The notes beneath the pieces are model-generated. The model did no database searches. It was not told where the DNA came from and saw only the letters and a list, made by a program, of their open reading frames with translations. A DNA stretch of 63,844 bases, counting the filler, from Nemertoderma westbladi (taxonomy: Eukaryota; Animalia; Xenacoelomorpha): the NCBI GenBank assembly GCA_032718475.1. It is 4 parts of 4 records of this genome, joined end to end, with 100 filler letters (N's around TTAATTAATTAA, not from the genome) between each part and the next. Parts side by side here need not be neighbours in the genome. Positions count along the whole stretch, not along the records: positions 1 to 20,538 come from JAUCBJ010002098.1; positions 20,639 to 44,409 come from JAUCBJ010004599.1; 2 more parts are not named here. One strand, 5' to 3'. The first letter of the stretch is position 1. The number at the start of each line of letters is the position of its first letter. This document shows positions 10,501 through 21,449 of this stretch, one piece after another. Position numbers and translations under genes: made by a program.

Positions 10501-12945
10501 AGTTTTTCTAAAAGATATCCGTATCGAATTGTATCCAAAGTTGGAACGAGGATATCAAAGAAGGGAAGTTCCTTGTCGTAGCGGAAAGAGGGGATGATAC
10601 GTTCCCATGGCTCCATCCGACGCATTTCCACGTCCACATAGGCGCTCCATAGATCACCTGCAGTGTCGCAAACATCGTTTAAGTGTTTGTGGGTGGTCCG
10701 TTGTTTACAGAAAACGTAAAATATATGTTATTAACAAATGAATGTATTTATTTTCCAAGTACTTTAGTGATAACGATTAATACCCACCTGATTGTGTTAG
10801 TTTCGCCTCTCCCATATCCTCGAATTGGCCGCGAACGAAAGTATCGAACTGGTCGAAACAGGTATCGATGATATTACCGCCGATAGACCAGAGATAGCAG
10901 AAAGCGAAGGTCGTGGCGAGACAGGATTTCAGTTTCGCTTCGTCGAGGGAGTGCAAATCAGGGGGAACTATGGGGCAAATAACACTTAGTGATACCAGAA
11001 GGCATGGCATGGCAGGCAGAAGGGAACATCTTTAAATAATAATGACGTAATGAAATTTCGTAATGATACAATACAGACCTCTTATATATTTTGCTTGTTT
11101 GATATTGTATCAGATAAGACTCACCTTTTGCAGGAAGCAGCAAAGCCTCTAATAATGTGCACAAAGTCACTACTTTGGATATGTCGACTTGCTTCATAGC
11201 CTGAGTACATTTCTTGTTGACAAACTTCAAGCCGTTCTCAACGTATTTCTCAAAAAGCAACACCAGTATCTCTATCGTTTGCTCGTTAAACCTGTGGAAA
11301 TAATCAATTATTCGACTATCATTCATCCCTGCTAACTTAAAGAATGTTACGACCCACGTCCCGAAAAGTCGTTTAGGGAAACACAATAAACAAATTTGTG
11401 GTTGGAATACGATTAGCCTGATTTATATCGCATCGCACAGTGGGACAGGCCCGACCAACATATCGGATTGATGAGTCTGTCTAACCACGATCTAACTAAC
11501 CTATCGTTGAGTCTCTCTAACCAACCGACAACCAACTGTCCAACAACCACGACCTATCTAACCTATCGTTGAGTCTGTCCAACCACGATCTAACTAACCT
11601 ATCGTTGAGTCTGTCCAACACGATCTAACTAACCTATCGTTGAGTCTGTCCAACACGATCTAACTAACCTATCGTTGAGTCTGTCCAACACGATCTAACT
11701 AACCTATCGTTGAGTCTGCCCAACCACGATCTAACTAACCTATCGTTGAGTCTGTCCAACACGATCTAACTAACCTATCGTTGAGTCTGTCCAACACGAT
11801 CTAACTAACATATCGTTGAGTCTGTCCAACACGATCTAACTAACCTATCGTTGAGTCTGTCCAACCACGATCTAACTAACCTATCGTTGAGTCTGTCCAA
11901 CCACGACCTAACTAACCTATCGTTGAGTCTGTCCAACCACGATCTAACTAACCTATCGTTGAGTCTGTCCAACCACGATCTAACTCACCTATCGTTGAGT
12001 CTGTCCAACCACGATCTAACTAACCTATCGTTGAGTCTGTCCAACCACGATCTAACTAACCTATCGTTGAGTCTGTCCAACCACGATCTAACTAACCTAT
12101 CGTTGAGTCTGTCCAACCACGATCTAACTAGCCTATCGTTGAGTCTGTCCAACCACGATCTAACTAACCTATCGTTGAGTCTGTCCAACCACGATCTAAC
12201 TAACCTATCGTTGAGTCTGTCCATCCACGACCTAACTAACCTATCGTTGAGTCTGTCCAACCACGATCGAACTAACCTATCGTTGAGTCAGTCCAACCAC
12301 GACCTAACCAACCTATCGTTGAGTCTGTCCAATCACGATCTAACTAACCTAACGTTGAGTCTGTCCAACCACGATCTAACTAACCTATCGTTGAGTCTGT
12401 CCAACCACGATCTAACTAACCTATCGTTGAGTCTGTCCAACCACGATCTAACTAACCTATCGTTGAGTCTGTCCAACCACGATCTCACATACGGCATCCA
12501 TTTCAACTCATCCGCGTCTACGTAAACCATTCCGCAACGTGACACGGTCGCAGGACTGGCCACCGCAAGGTCCTGGACTTCGAACAACATGTGGAGCGTA
12601 TCGTTGAGTTTGATTCGTTCAGAGTTCGCCAAACACAACATCTTATTGTCGTCCAGAACTGAAAGAAAATATGTTTAGTTAGATAAAATGTTGCAAAGAA
12701 AAATAATAAATAATTTTCTCATTTAAAATGCTGTTCACCTGTATATGAACATTTTATATTACCCTGATAAAGGTGACGTCACCAACCTGTGTTCATGTTC
12801 TCTATCCAAAGTGCGTCTACTGGCCCATCACAGATAATCCATTTGTGGTCCGGCGTTGTCTCGGTTACAGTAACTCTTACGATATTAGCCAATAAGCCGT
12901 CGTGCCATTCCAAAGTGAGTTTATTGACCTCCCCATAGAGTTCCC
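529..12945 (-). CDS. DNAH6: Axonemal dynein heavy chain (DNAH6-like), partial multi-exon gene covering AAA2 to the start of AAA4; 13 exons in window, 5' and 3' parts outside
   Basis: GT-AG exons join in frame to give dynein motifs: [62 protein letters not shown], Walker [104 protein letters not shown]6 subfamily call is from recalled sequence similarity. Confidence 0.9.
1214..1397 (-). CDS. DNAH6: Dynein exon (VFGDFMKLG...[15 protein letters not shown])
   Basis: attttcag acceptor, CAG|GTGGTT donor. Confidence 0.87.
1891..2092 (-). CDS. DNAH6: Dynein exon (GILQADP...[12 protein letters not shown]...SPI)
   Basis: ttaattag acceptor, TTG|GTAATT donor. Confidence 0.88.
2406..2552 (-). CDS. DNAH6: Dynein exon (DFNAPVKQC...[22 protein letters not shown])
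   Basis: ttcctcag acceptor, CAG|GTAGG donor. Confidence 0.9.
2777..2870 (-). CDS. DNAH6: Dynein exon ([16 protein letters not shown]...NGFLM)
   Basis: ttttttttag acceptor, ATG|GTGAGT donor. Confidence 0.88.
3103..3215 (-). CDS. DNAH6: Dynein exon ([19 protein letters not shown]...GGGRNPVTP)
   Basis: tttttttag acceptor, CG|GTTAGT donor. Confidence 0.9.
3345..9427 (-). repeat. 54-bp tandem array (about 112 units) made of the last 42 nt of a dynein exon plus the first 12 nt of its intron
   Basis: Unit (minus) TACGGAGCCCAGCCACCCATCGAGTTACTGAGGCAATATCAG|GTAAGTGTTGGA; continuous with exon 9386-9525. Confidence 0.97.
9386..9525 (-). CDS. DNAH6: Dynein exon ([14 protein letters not shown]...IDDLNMP...[14 protein letters not shown])
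   Basis: tttattcgcag acceptor; first CAG|GTAAGT donor at 9385; phase 0 joins to DFGGFY exon. Confidence 0.88.
10010..10135 (-). CDS. DNAH6: Dynein exon (GVGKSVIAK...[17 protein letters not shown])
   Basis: tttttatttacag acceptor, AAG|GTAAAT donor. Confidence 0.88.
10285..10475 (-). repeat. Degenerate 32-bp tandem array (6 units) of exon end plus donor
   Basis: Plus-strand units cattgactcaccagtacttccggtaaagagta at 10285, 10321, 10353, 10385, 10417, 10449 (= ACCGGAAGTACTG|GTGAGTCAATG). Confidence 0.9.
10460..10657 (-). CDS. DNAH6: Dynein exon (GDLWSAYVD...[11 protein letters not shown]...VLYTGST)
   Basis: ctgcag acceptor, CTG|GTGAGT donor; the intron splits the AAA3 Walker A. Confidence 0.87.
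10788..10967 (-). CDS. DNAH6: Dynein exon (VPPDLHS...[11 protein letters not shown]...KLTQS)
   Basis: ccccatag acceptor, CAG|GTGGGT donor. Confidence 0.85.
11125..11291 (-). CDS. DNAH6: Dynein exon (RFNEQTIE...LLPAK)
   Basis: tttccacag acceptor, AAG|GTGAGT donor. Confidence 0.85.
11470..12484 (-). repeat. 36-bp tandem array (about 27 units, some 34 bp) of exon end plus donor
   Basis: Unit (minus) ATCGTGGTTGGACAGACTCAACGATAG|GTTAGTTAG; continuous with exon 12457-12658. Confidence 0.95.
12457..12658 (-). CDS. DNAH6: Dynein exon ([16 protein letters not shown]...[12 protein letters not shown])
   Basis: ttttctttcag acceptor; first AG|GTTAGT donor at 12456; phase 2 matches next exon. Confidence 0.85.
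12787..12945 (-). CDS. DNAH6: Dynein exon ([17 protein letters not shown]...WIENMNT)
   Basis: tttag|GG acceptor, AG|GTTGGT donor, AAA2 motifs. Confidence 0.88.
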
Positions 12946-14019
12946 CTAAAATAATAATAACATCAATAGAAATTAAAAGGGCTGCAGTGAAATATGATCA
13001 AGAAATTAGTACTACCCCCCCCCCCCCCCCCCCCCCCCCCCTAACATTCAGATCCCATAGGTTACGGAAGTGTTTGTCATGGAGGACCGTTTGCGATGTT
13101 CTGTAACGAACCCACTAATTATTAGTCCTAGGCGTTTCATCTTTGTAATGTTCTAGAACGTCGTGGTTGAACACCGTGATTTACCTCGTATTAGCGCCCT
13201 CACGAGCGACCACTGAAATACAGTATGTAGCACTGACCTGCGACATTTAAACATGGTCTATTTTTTAACGCAATTCTGGGGAATGTGTAATTTTACCTAG
13301 ACAAATCAGGGGTTCATTTAAGAACGCCATTGAAGCTATTTTAAATCTTTGTCAATTTGTTGTCAAATTTTTGTTTTGTGCAATACCGTCGGATTAATAA
13401 ACCAGACACAACAATTTTACTTCCATGCTGTTATCGTGGCTCTGGGGTATAAAGCAAGTGGCGTAGGGCAATTACTGTATAGACCTATACTGTTTACAGT
13501 ATATTATAGTGGGACGCCTTGAAAACAAGTAAGGTCACCTTGGATATCGTCACTAATAGCTGGACCCATAACTTACTAATTACATCCACCATGTCCTGGA
13601 ATATTGTGTATTAATTCATTGTCAATATTATTTAACACAATCGGAATTTTCGCTTAAAAATAACCGAGATATGGGCGTTCTAATGTTGCATTGTTTTGAA
13701 TCTGCGAGGGCTATCGTATTCTATTTAATAAATACACATAATTCTGGAATACTTTTGTTTATCTCGTTAAGTAGCGGACTAGACAACAACGGAATACCTA
13801 TATAATGTTACTATTACGTCGCGATTCATACATAAACTAAATTTTAATATGAATATGGCGTATTTAGTAATATAATATAGATAAAATAACCTTTCTCTTT
13901 GTGCGAATTTATATTGTGTTCCCTATTTGGGGCCCTTGCATGGCCAGCTGTGTGATGTAACTGGTGAAATATCGTCCGAGGCACTTTTTAAACGCTTGTA
14001 ACTAAAGATTGCACACCCC

Positions 14020-14880
14020 AATACACTGAAAAACTCATGCCAAACCCAATACACTCAGAAACTCGTACAAAACACAATACACTCAGAAACTCCTACGAAA
14101 CACAATAAGTGCAAAACCCAAAACACTCAGAAACTCGTACAAAACACAATAAGTCCAAAACCCAATACACTCAGAAACTCGTGCAAAACACAATAAGTCC
14201 AAAACCTAATACACTCAGAAACTCGTGCAAAACACAATAAGTGCAAAACCCAATACACTCAGAAACTCGTGCAAAACACAATACACTCAGAAACTCTTGA
14301 GGAACACAGTACACTCAGAAATTCGTGCAAAACACAATAGGTGCAAAACCCAATACACTCAGAAACTCATGCAAAACACAATACACTCAGAAACTTGTGC
14401 AAATCCTAATAAGTGCAAATCCCAATACACTCAGAAACTCATGCAAATCCCAATAATTGCAAAACACAATACACTCAGAAACTCCTACAAAACACAATAA
14501 GTGCAAAACCCAATACACTCAGAAACTCGTGCAAAACACAATAAGTGCATAACCCAATTCACTCAGAAACTCGTACAAAACACAATAAGTGCAAAACCCA
14601 ATACACTCAGAAACTCGTGCAAAACACAATACACTCAGGAACTCGTGCAAAACTCAATACACTCAGAAACTCTTCCAAAACCTAATACACTCAGAAACTC
14701 TTGAGGAACACAGTACACTCAGAAATTCGTGCAAAACACAATAAGTGCAAAACCCAATACACTCAGAAACTCGTGCAAAACACAATACACTCAGAAACTT
14801 GTGCAAATCCCAATAAAAGTACAAAACCCAATACACTCAGAAACTCGTACAGAACACAATAAGTGCAAAACCAAATACAC
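14020..14880. repeat. Minisatellite with 28/44-bp units
   Basis: Recurrent aatacactcagaaactcgtgcaaaacacaataagtgcaaaaccc. Confidence 0.9.
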
Positions 14881-15613
14881 CCAGAAACCCGTGCAAAACA
14901 AAACTCCTTGCCCGTTTTTTTTATACAGGACCTTTCTCGTACCCATGTCAGGATATTTGAAAATAAAAAATTATAGAGTAAATTATAAAGTTGCCCAAAA
15001 CTATACAAATCCTATTCTATATCGCTTTTTTGGATGTGGAGTTGTGTACAATATATCTAATGTTTAGTTCAGAGGCCTTACGGGTATTTTTCGTGTGGAC
15101 ACCGAAATTGGGTGCTACACGAAATTTTCAAAATTGATTGTTTCGAAATTATCATTATTTGACCTATATTCCCGCGATTTATAAGAATAGCGAATGCATG
15201 GATTTGAAATGAAGTTCATAGGAGTAACGTAATTACCATTTTTCGTGCGTGCACCAAAAGTGGGTACATCCGCTGCTCGAAATCTTCAAAATTATTTTTT
15301 TTTAATGTTAATTATCTCAATTTAATTACCATTGAATTTACAATCACAGAAAACCTATAAATCGCGGAAATATAGATTATATAATGAATATTTTAAAAAA
15401 TACAAATTTTGAAAATTTCGCGCTGCACCCACTTTTGGTGCCCGCACGAATAATGGTAGTTGCATTACTGGTATCAACTCAATTTCTTTACCATTGAATT
15501 CGCCACCACCAATATACACGTAAGACTGGAAAATCAGGTACATATGTCACATTATCTGCAATTAAATGTTTTCATTGCACAAAACCACTATTTTTCATAT
15601 TGGAGGCGCTTCC

Positions 15614-16266
15614 AAAAAATTTTCGATTTTTGTTCAAGAATGTGTTAAAATATACCACTAGATATATTGTTACCAAAGTTTCAATGAATTTCATAAAAAA
15701 AATTGCCGAGATATCAGGTCTGGGTCGAATCCCCCCCCCCCCCCCCCCGCCCATGGCTGTGGGAAGATCTAAAAGGCAAAAGGTAGATAGGGTTAAGTTT
15801 CATTATTCCCCTGTTGTACTAGGTAGGCCGGTTTACACGTGGCAACTTTTTCGACAACTTTAGTTAAATTAAGGTTACTCAATGTTATATAGTTTAGTGT
15901 TCTCGAATATATTTATTACGTAACTAGAGATCACTAGAGAACTAGAAAAAATTTTCGATTTTTGTTCAAGAATGTGTTAAAATATACCACTAGATATATT
16001 GTTACCAAAGTTTCAATGAATTTCATAAAAAAAATTGCCGAGATATCAGGTCTGGGTCGAATCCCCCCCCCCCCCCCCCCCCGCCCATGGCTGTGGGAAG
16101 ATCTAAAAGGCAAAAGGTAGATAGGGTTAAGTTTCATTATTCCCCTGTTGTACTAGGTAGGCCGGTTTACACGTGGCAACTTTTTCGACAACTTTAGTTA
16201 AATTAAGGTTACTCAATGTTATATAGTTTAGTGTTCTCGAATATATTTATTACGTAACTAGAGATC
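15614..16266. repeat. Near-identical tandem duplication of about 320 bp (period about 333 bp)
   Basis: 15614-15933 matches 15947-16266, differing mainly in poly-C length. Confidence 0.9.
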
Positions 16267-16998
16267 AGCTTAACTACATAAACTAATAATGGCTATTGAG
16301 TTCCGTTTTGCAGTGTCACCTTGCAGACACTATAGTTACAATAACTTTTGAGTGTGTTGATTGATTTAGCTCAAATTACGTGCAAACATTTTCTTCCTCG
16401 ATGGTCTTTTAACACGTAATAAATTGAGAAATTCCACTGTCAAGAAAATTTTCACATTTTCTTATTTTGCTTCGGGGAAGAAGTACATATATTGGGGTAA
16501 ATTCCGGCGAAAAGATAACTATTTCATACGTAAATGTATTAAATAATCATTTTATATTAAAATTATATTATAATAATATATAAATTTATGTAGATCATAT
16601 AGACAAGTAGCAAATTAGCATAAACTAGTATTATAATTATTATATAAAGTATTATATTAAAGAATTTAAATAAATGTGTACAAGGTGTACCGGAAGTACC
16701 CATGTTGCTTGTTACAAACACACAACATGGGGATGCGTGGAGTTCAAGCATATTGCAGGTAGGGTAACAATACCCGAACACGGGGTTGTTTGATAGTGTT
16801 TCGCTTAAGCGACAGAACGAACAACACAGACTTTAAACGTCCAGGGCGTTAGTTTATTTTTAAGATCTACTTTATCGGACATGTTTGTTTATAACTGATT
16901 TCCAGTATTCTGAAGTGCCCTAATCTGAGCTATCATCATCTGAACTATCATCTTCTGAGCTACCCTCATCTGAGCTATCCTCATCTGTGCTGTCCTCA

Positions 16999-17670
16999 TC
17001 ATAAAATTTCCACACCATTACCATCTGCTGAAACTCCCGCAGTTGTCAATTGTCTTTCAGCCAAGATTCCCTCACGTTTTTGTTGAAATTCCTGGCTCAT
17101 TGAGGATACAACCTTTTCTATATAGTTGTCTAAAACTATTGTAGGTGACTGTGATTTAATTCGTGCGCGGCAAATAGGACATTTATTAACCTGCAGTACC
17201 CAGTTTGTGATACAATGTTTACAGAATGAATGTCCGCAATTTAGGGTAGTTGGTAGGATGAAAATATCAGAACATATTTGACATGTAAGTTCCAACTCCA
17301 ATATAGCTTCCTGCTTCCTTTGTAATGTAAGTTCCAACTCCAATATAGCTTCATGCTTCCTTTGTAATGCTAAGTGCACGGTCTCTAATTCTGTCACAAG
17401 TCCATCTACTTTATCTTGTAATGTAATCCTCTCCACCTCCCGTAAGCTCATAACCTCTTCCAGATTCTTGTGGTGTTCATTTAAAGCGGCTTCCAGTAGA
17501 ACATTGTGTATTTCCGACTGTTTACTCGTTGAAGGAATACCGTTCTCACGCGTACTTGCATTTCCTCTGGGACTCTGAGTTACACCATCAGTATTCCCTG
17601 TACACGGTTTGATTCTACTAATTTTACGCGGTTGAACTTCCAAATCATAATTCCCTTTGTTGCGTTTCAT
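16999..17670 (-). CDS. Intronless coiled-coil plus C3HC4 RING E3 ligase, RNF8 C-terminus-like, no FHA domain
   Basis: ELELTCQICSDIFILPTTLNCGHSFCKHCITNW...CPICR...IVLDNYIEK resembles the RNF8 RING and following helix; preceded by a heptad-rich segment. Confidence 0.75.
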   Translation of the reverse strand: MKRNKGNYDLEVQPRKISRIKPCTGNTDGVTQSPRGNASTRENGIPSTSKQSEIHNVLLEAALNEHHKNLEEVMSLREVERITLQDKVDGLVTELETVHLALQRKHEAILELELTLQRKQEAILELELTCQICSDIFILPTTLNCGHSFCKHCITNWVLQVNKCPICRARIKSQSPTIVLDNYIEKVVSSMSQEFQQKREGILAERQLTTAGVSADGNGVEIL

Positions 17671-20538
17671 GATGATGGATAAATAAAATCACTTTCTTAG
17701 CAGCTAACAAATTGGGTTTATCGATTGTAAGGGTGAAAACGTGAATAATACCGGTAGTAGTCCGTAAAAAATATAGCAACACTGCCTACTTTACTAAGAT
17801 ACTCTATTATTGAAGTAGGACATAGAGGTGTCACGGGCGAAAATGCACCCCCCCCCCCCCCGCGCAGAAAGCCCCCCCCCAGGCATTTGCGCCTAGCGCC
17901 ATATGCCCCCCAGAACAATTTTACCCCAAATTTCGGGAGTGGCGGTCCGAAACCCTAATTCAAAGTGAAATGGCGACCCGAAACCCTAATTCAAAGTGAA
18001 ATGGCGGCCCGAAAACCTAATTAAAACTGTAACCCTACTGCCCTAAACCTAAATCATGAGGTTCAAATCTAAGAAATTTTGTGGAATTTAGGACCCTTGC
18101 TAATCAGCTAATCTCTATAACTCTTGGATCTAATGTTTTAATTTGGGTTTGGGCGTGACCAAAAAAATAAACCAATAAATCCAAGTTAAAGTGATGTACG
18201 GTACGCTAGGCCTACTGTACTACAGTACAGTATTATTATTAAGCCTATCTGACTATAGGGAGTGTTAGCTTATCCAATTCCGCTAACACAAACCCATAGA
18301 GTGAGCCATTAAGCAATATTGGGGGCCACGAGGTTGGTTACCCAATCTCGCGTCACCCCAATAAAGTGGGAAGGAGAAACACACAATAGGGGTCAGGGGC
18401 CAAACCCCTAACCGAGAGAGAACACAGGGAGTGAAGGGAAACACTCCAAAGGGTGCCAACAGGGATATTAGCCAATCAGGGGGGAAGCATCGACTAGGTA
18501 CTGTAACAAGGCCAAACCGTGCAATATATATTACCGGTCGATGCAATCAGTTATTCAGTTTACTCAGTCAGCTCAGTAGGGTGGAACGGTGACTTCTATC
18601 ACCGTCCGCTACCGCCATCACATATAGTACTTATCTACCGGTAACCGTGTCATCCATTCAACTGTGCTATATCAACTATATTATACCTTTATACATATTA
18701 CCGAACATCAGAACTCTTAACGAACCTTTTCATATACACGGCGGGGACGCGTAGATAGAAAACCCAAACGGATAAATCGGGATCCGTAGATCCCGTCACA
18801 GTGATAGAACTAGATCCAACCAACTGCCCTGACAGACTGTGGCTGCCAGCCACCAGAGATAAAGATGAGCCAAGAAGGAAAGATGACACCGCCGCGGTAT
18901 TAAAAGCGATTTTAAATTATACCGAAAGTGAGCAAAATTTAATGATTTAGTTAACTTCCGGTGGTTAATTTTAAGGAAGCCGAACTGAGACGCTTTTAAT
19001 TAGGAAGGCCAGAGGCTGTTTGCCCAAGCAGGGTTTATTCTTTGTAATACTTTATAATGCGTTACCGCGTTAATCAGACGCTCGACTATTACAAATGTTT
19101 AGTTATTACAATGTATGTAAGGCCGACAAATTTGTTGAATAAATAAATTGGTAAAGGAGGGAATTATCAAGCTGATACACCATTTAATATTACTTAACTA
19201 GTCTATAAGTAGATATATAAATATTTACAAGAGAAACATTCATCACTTTACCACTAGAAACTATATTACGGCAATCCCATAAGGCCGTACAGACAGAATT
19301 GGCAGTCTATACACGGATACGGTATATTCAAGGTGTACTAAATTATTAGTACCGGTACACCTTGGGTATATTCCGTATATTACACTAAACAAAGAATAAA
19401 AAGAAGAAGAGGGCACAAAGTAAACTCAATAATGCAATAATATTGTACATCGAAAAACACTAGGCCTAGTGCTGAAAAACAAAGGATTAAAGTTCAACTT
19501 TGCACTGACAAAACACACTATAAAACACGATCACAAATGAAAATCTCTCCAGCTCTCAGTACGGTTGTAGGATAGATATTAAGATATATTATAACTATTT
19601 ACTAAATTTAAGATAAACTATATACTAAATCGAACATCCGCATGGGGTTATTATATAAGGTTGTTATTAGTAAATTTAGATTGGCCCAAGGTTGTAGCGT
19701 CTTGCTTCGTTTGTAATAATGGGATGAACAGTACCTTAAACCAATGTATATATTAGGTGTAGAGCTTCTAACCCGATACGAATCAACGAGCTGATCACCT
19801 GTCAACCGAAGACGCACGGAGATGAGTCATAACCATTACTGCATTAGGTTAGGCCTATTCGGTAGAATCCCTGACAGTTACATAACGAACAATTAATATG
19901 CTATATAATATCAACCATGGAACCGGTACACTGTACACAGCAGTACAGCTTTTCAGTCTTTTTCACGACCGGTAAGATAACTCATTTCCAGACCCTCCTG
20001 GAGATTTTGAATTTCCCTCTCAAAATAATAATAACTACAAAATTCATTAAACGCCCAGTACAGTACACATGTGTTTATCATCGCTCTTAACACCGCTCTC
20101 CATTATACATTTATGTATAATGTTATTTAATAAATCGCATGTGTCCACTATAATAGACGTAAGCTTGTAACCAGTAATACACAAATAATATAGATATAAA
20201 GTGCATGATAAATATAATTTCAAATCAAAATCAATGCTAACTCTATTCCTTAAAATATCACAAACCACAAAAAATAATTTCGACTGCTTTCCTGTTCTGT
20301 ACTTGCCACAACAATCTTATTACAGATTGAAACAATACAACATCAATATATATAAAACTGTAATACTGTACACAATAATTTTCAATAATATCTATGTTTC
20401 GCTTTACAAATGGAATTAAATATTTAACTAATATACACAAGGTGGCTAACGTAACTCGATAATCCACATACTTTTTGATTCCATTAACAAGAACCTGACT
20501 CTATTTATAATTATGAGCACTAGCGGCTAATGCTCATA

Positions 20539-20638
20539 NNNNNNNNNNNNNNNNNNNNNNNNNNNNNNNNNNNNNNNNNNNNTTAATTAATTAANNNNNN
20601 NNNNNNNNNNNNNNNNNNNNNNNNNNNNNNNNNNNNNN
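20539..20638. other. Artificial contig spacer (N44-TTAATTAATTAA-N44)
   Basis: Identical 100-nt cassette occurs three times; has stops in all six frames. Confidence 0.97.
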
Positions 20639-20755
20639 GATGATCTAGCAAATGTCATGAGTGATAGGGAGTTGTGGCGGTGCAATTTTGTTGACAAGCC
20701 GGCACAGCATTCTTAAAAATGCAGCTGCAATGCAGCATGCCGATCCTAGTAGTAG
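20639..20755 (+). mobile_element. 3' end of RTE-clade LINE
   Basis: Matches 61590-61706 and the reverse complement of 37608-37730; ends in (TAG)n. Confidence 0.85.
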
Positions 20756-21262
20756 TGAACGGCGAGCTCTATGGTACTATACCATCTGTATCAACCACCC
20801 TCCGTGAACGCCGAGCTCTATGTTACTATACCATCTGTATCAACCACCCTCCGTGAACGCCGAGCTATATGGTACTATACCAACTGTATCAACCACCCTC
20901 CGTGAACGCCGAGCTCTATGGTACTATACCACCTGTATCAACCACCCTCCGTGAACGCCGAGCTCTATGGTACTATACCACCTGTATCAACCACCCTCCG
21001 TGAACGCAGATCTCTATGGTACTATACCACCTGTATCAACCACCCTCCGTGAACGCCGAGCTCTATGGTACTATACCACCTGTATCAACCACCCGCCGTG
21101 AACGCCGAGCTCTATGGTACTGTACTATACCACCTGTATCAACCACCCTCCGTGAACGCCGAGCTCTTTGGCACTATACCACCTGTATCAACCACCCTCC
21201 GTGAACGCCGTGCTCTTTGGTTCTATACCACCTGTATCAACCACCCTCCGTGAACGCCGAGT
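20755..21262. repeat. 49-bp minisatellite, about 10 units
   Basis: gtgaacgccgagctctatggtactataccacctgtatcaaccaccctcc, starting right at the LINE tail. Confidence 0.93.
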
Positions 21263-21449
21263 CAACACACCAGTCGGGATTCCCTCGCCAACTCGGGGAT
21301 CCCGTCACAAGATATATAAATCGTATTAGCAATACTTAATTAAGAAGCAATTAATAGTCAATCAAATAATATAGATTATTTGTTGGAATTTGTAAAATAT
21401 CACATTTTGTTAATTTACCACTCACCGAAAATAGGAAGTCCCACACCCG

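Noticed and set aside
17951-18055. Telomere-like aaaccctaa motifs
   Set aside because: Isolated motifs inside roughly 30-bp repeats, not a telomeric array; more likely transposon-derived.
18260-18900. Possible solo LTR or DIRS-like fragment
   Set aside because: No second copy, TSD or coding motif visible to define it.
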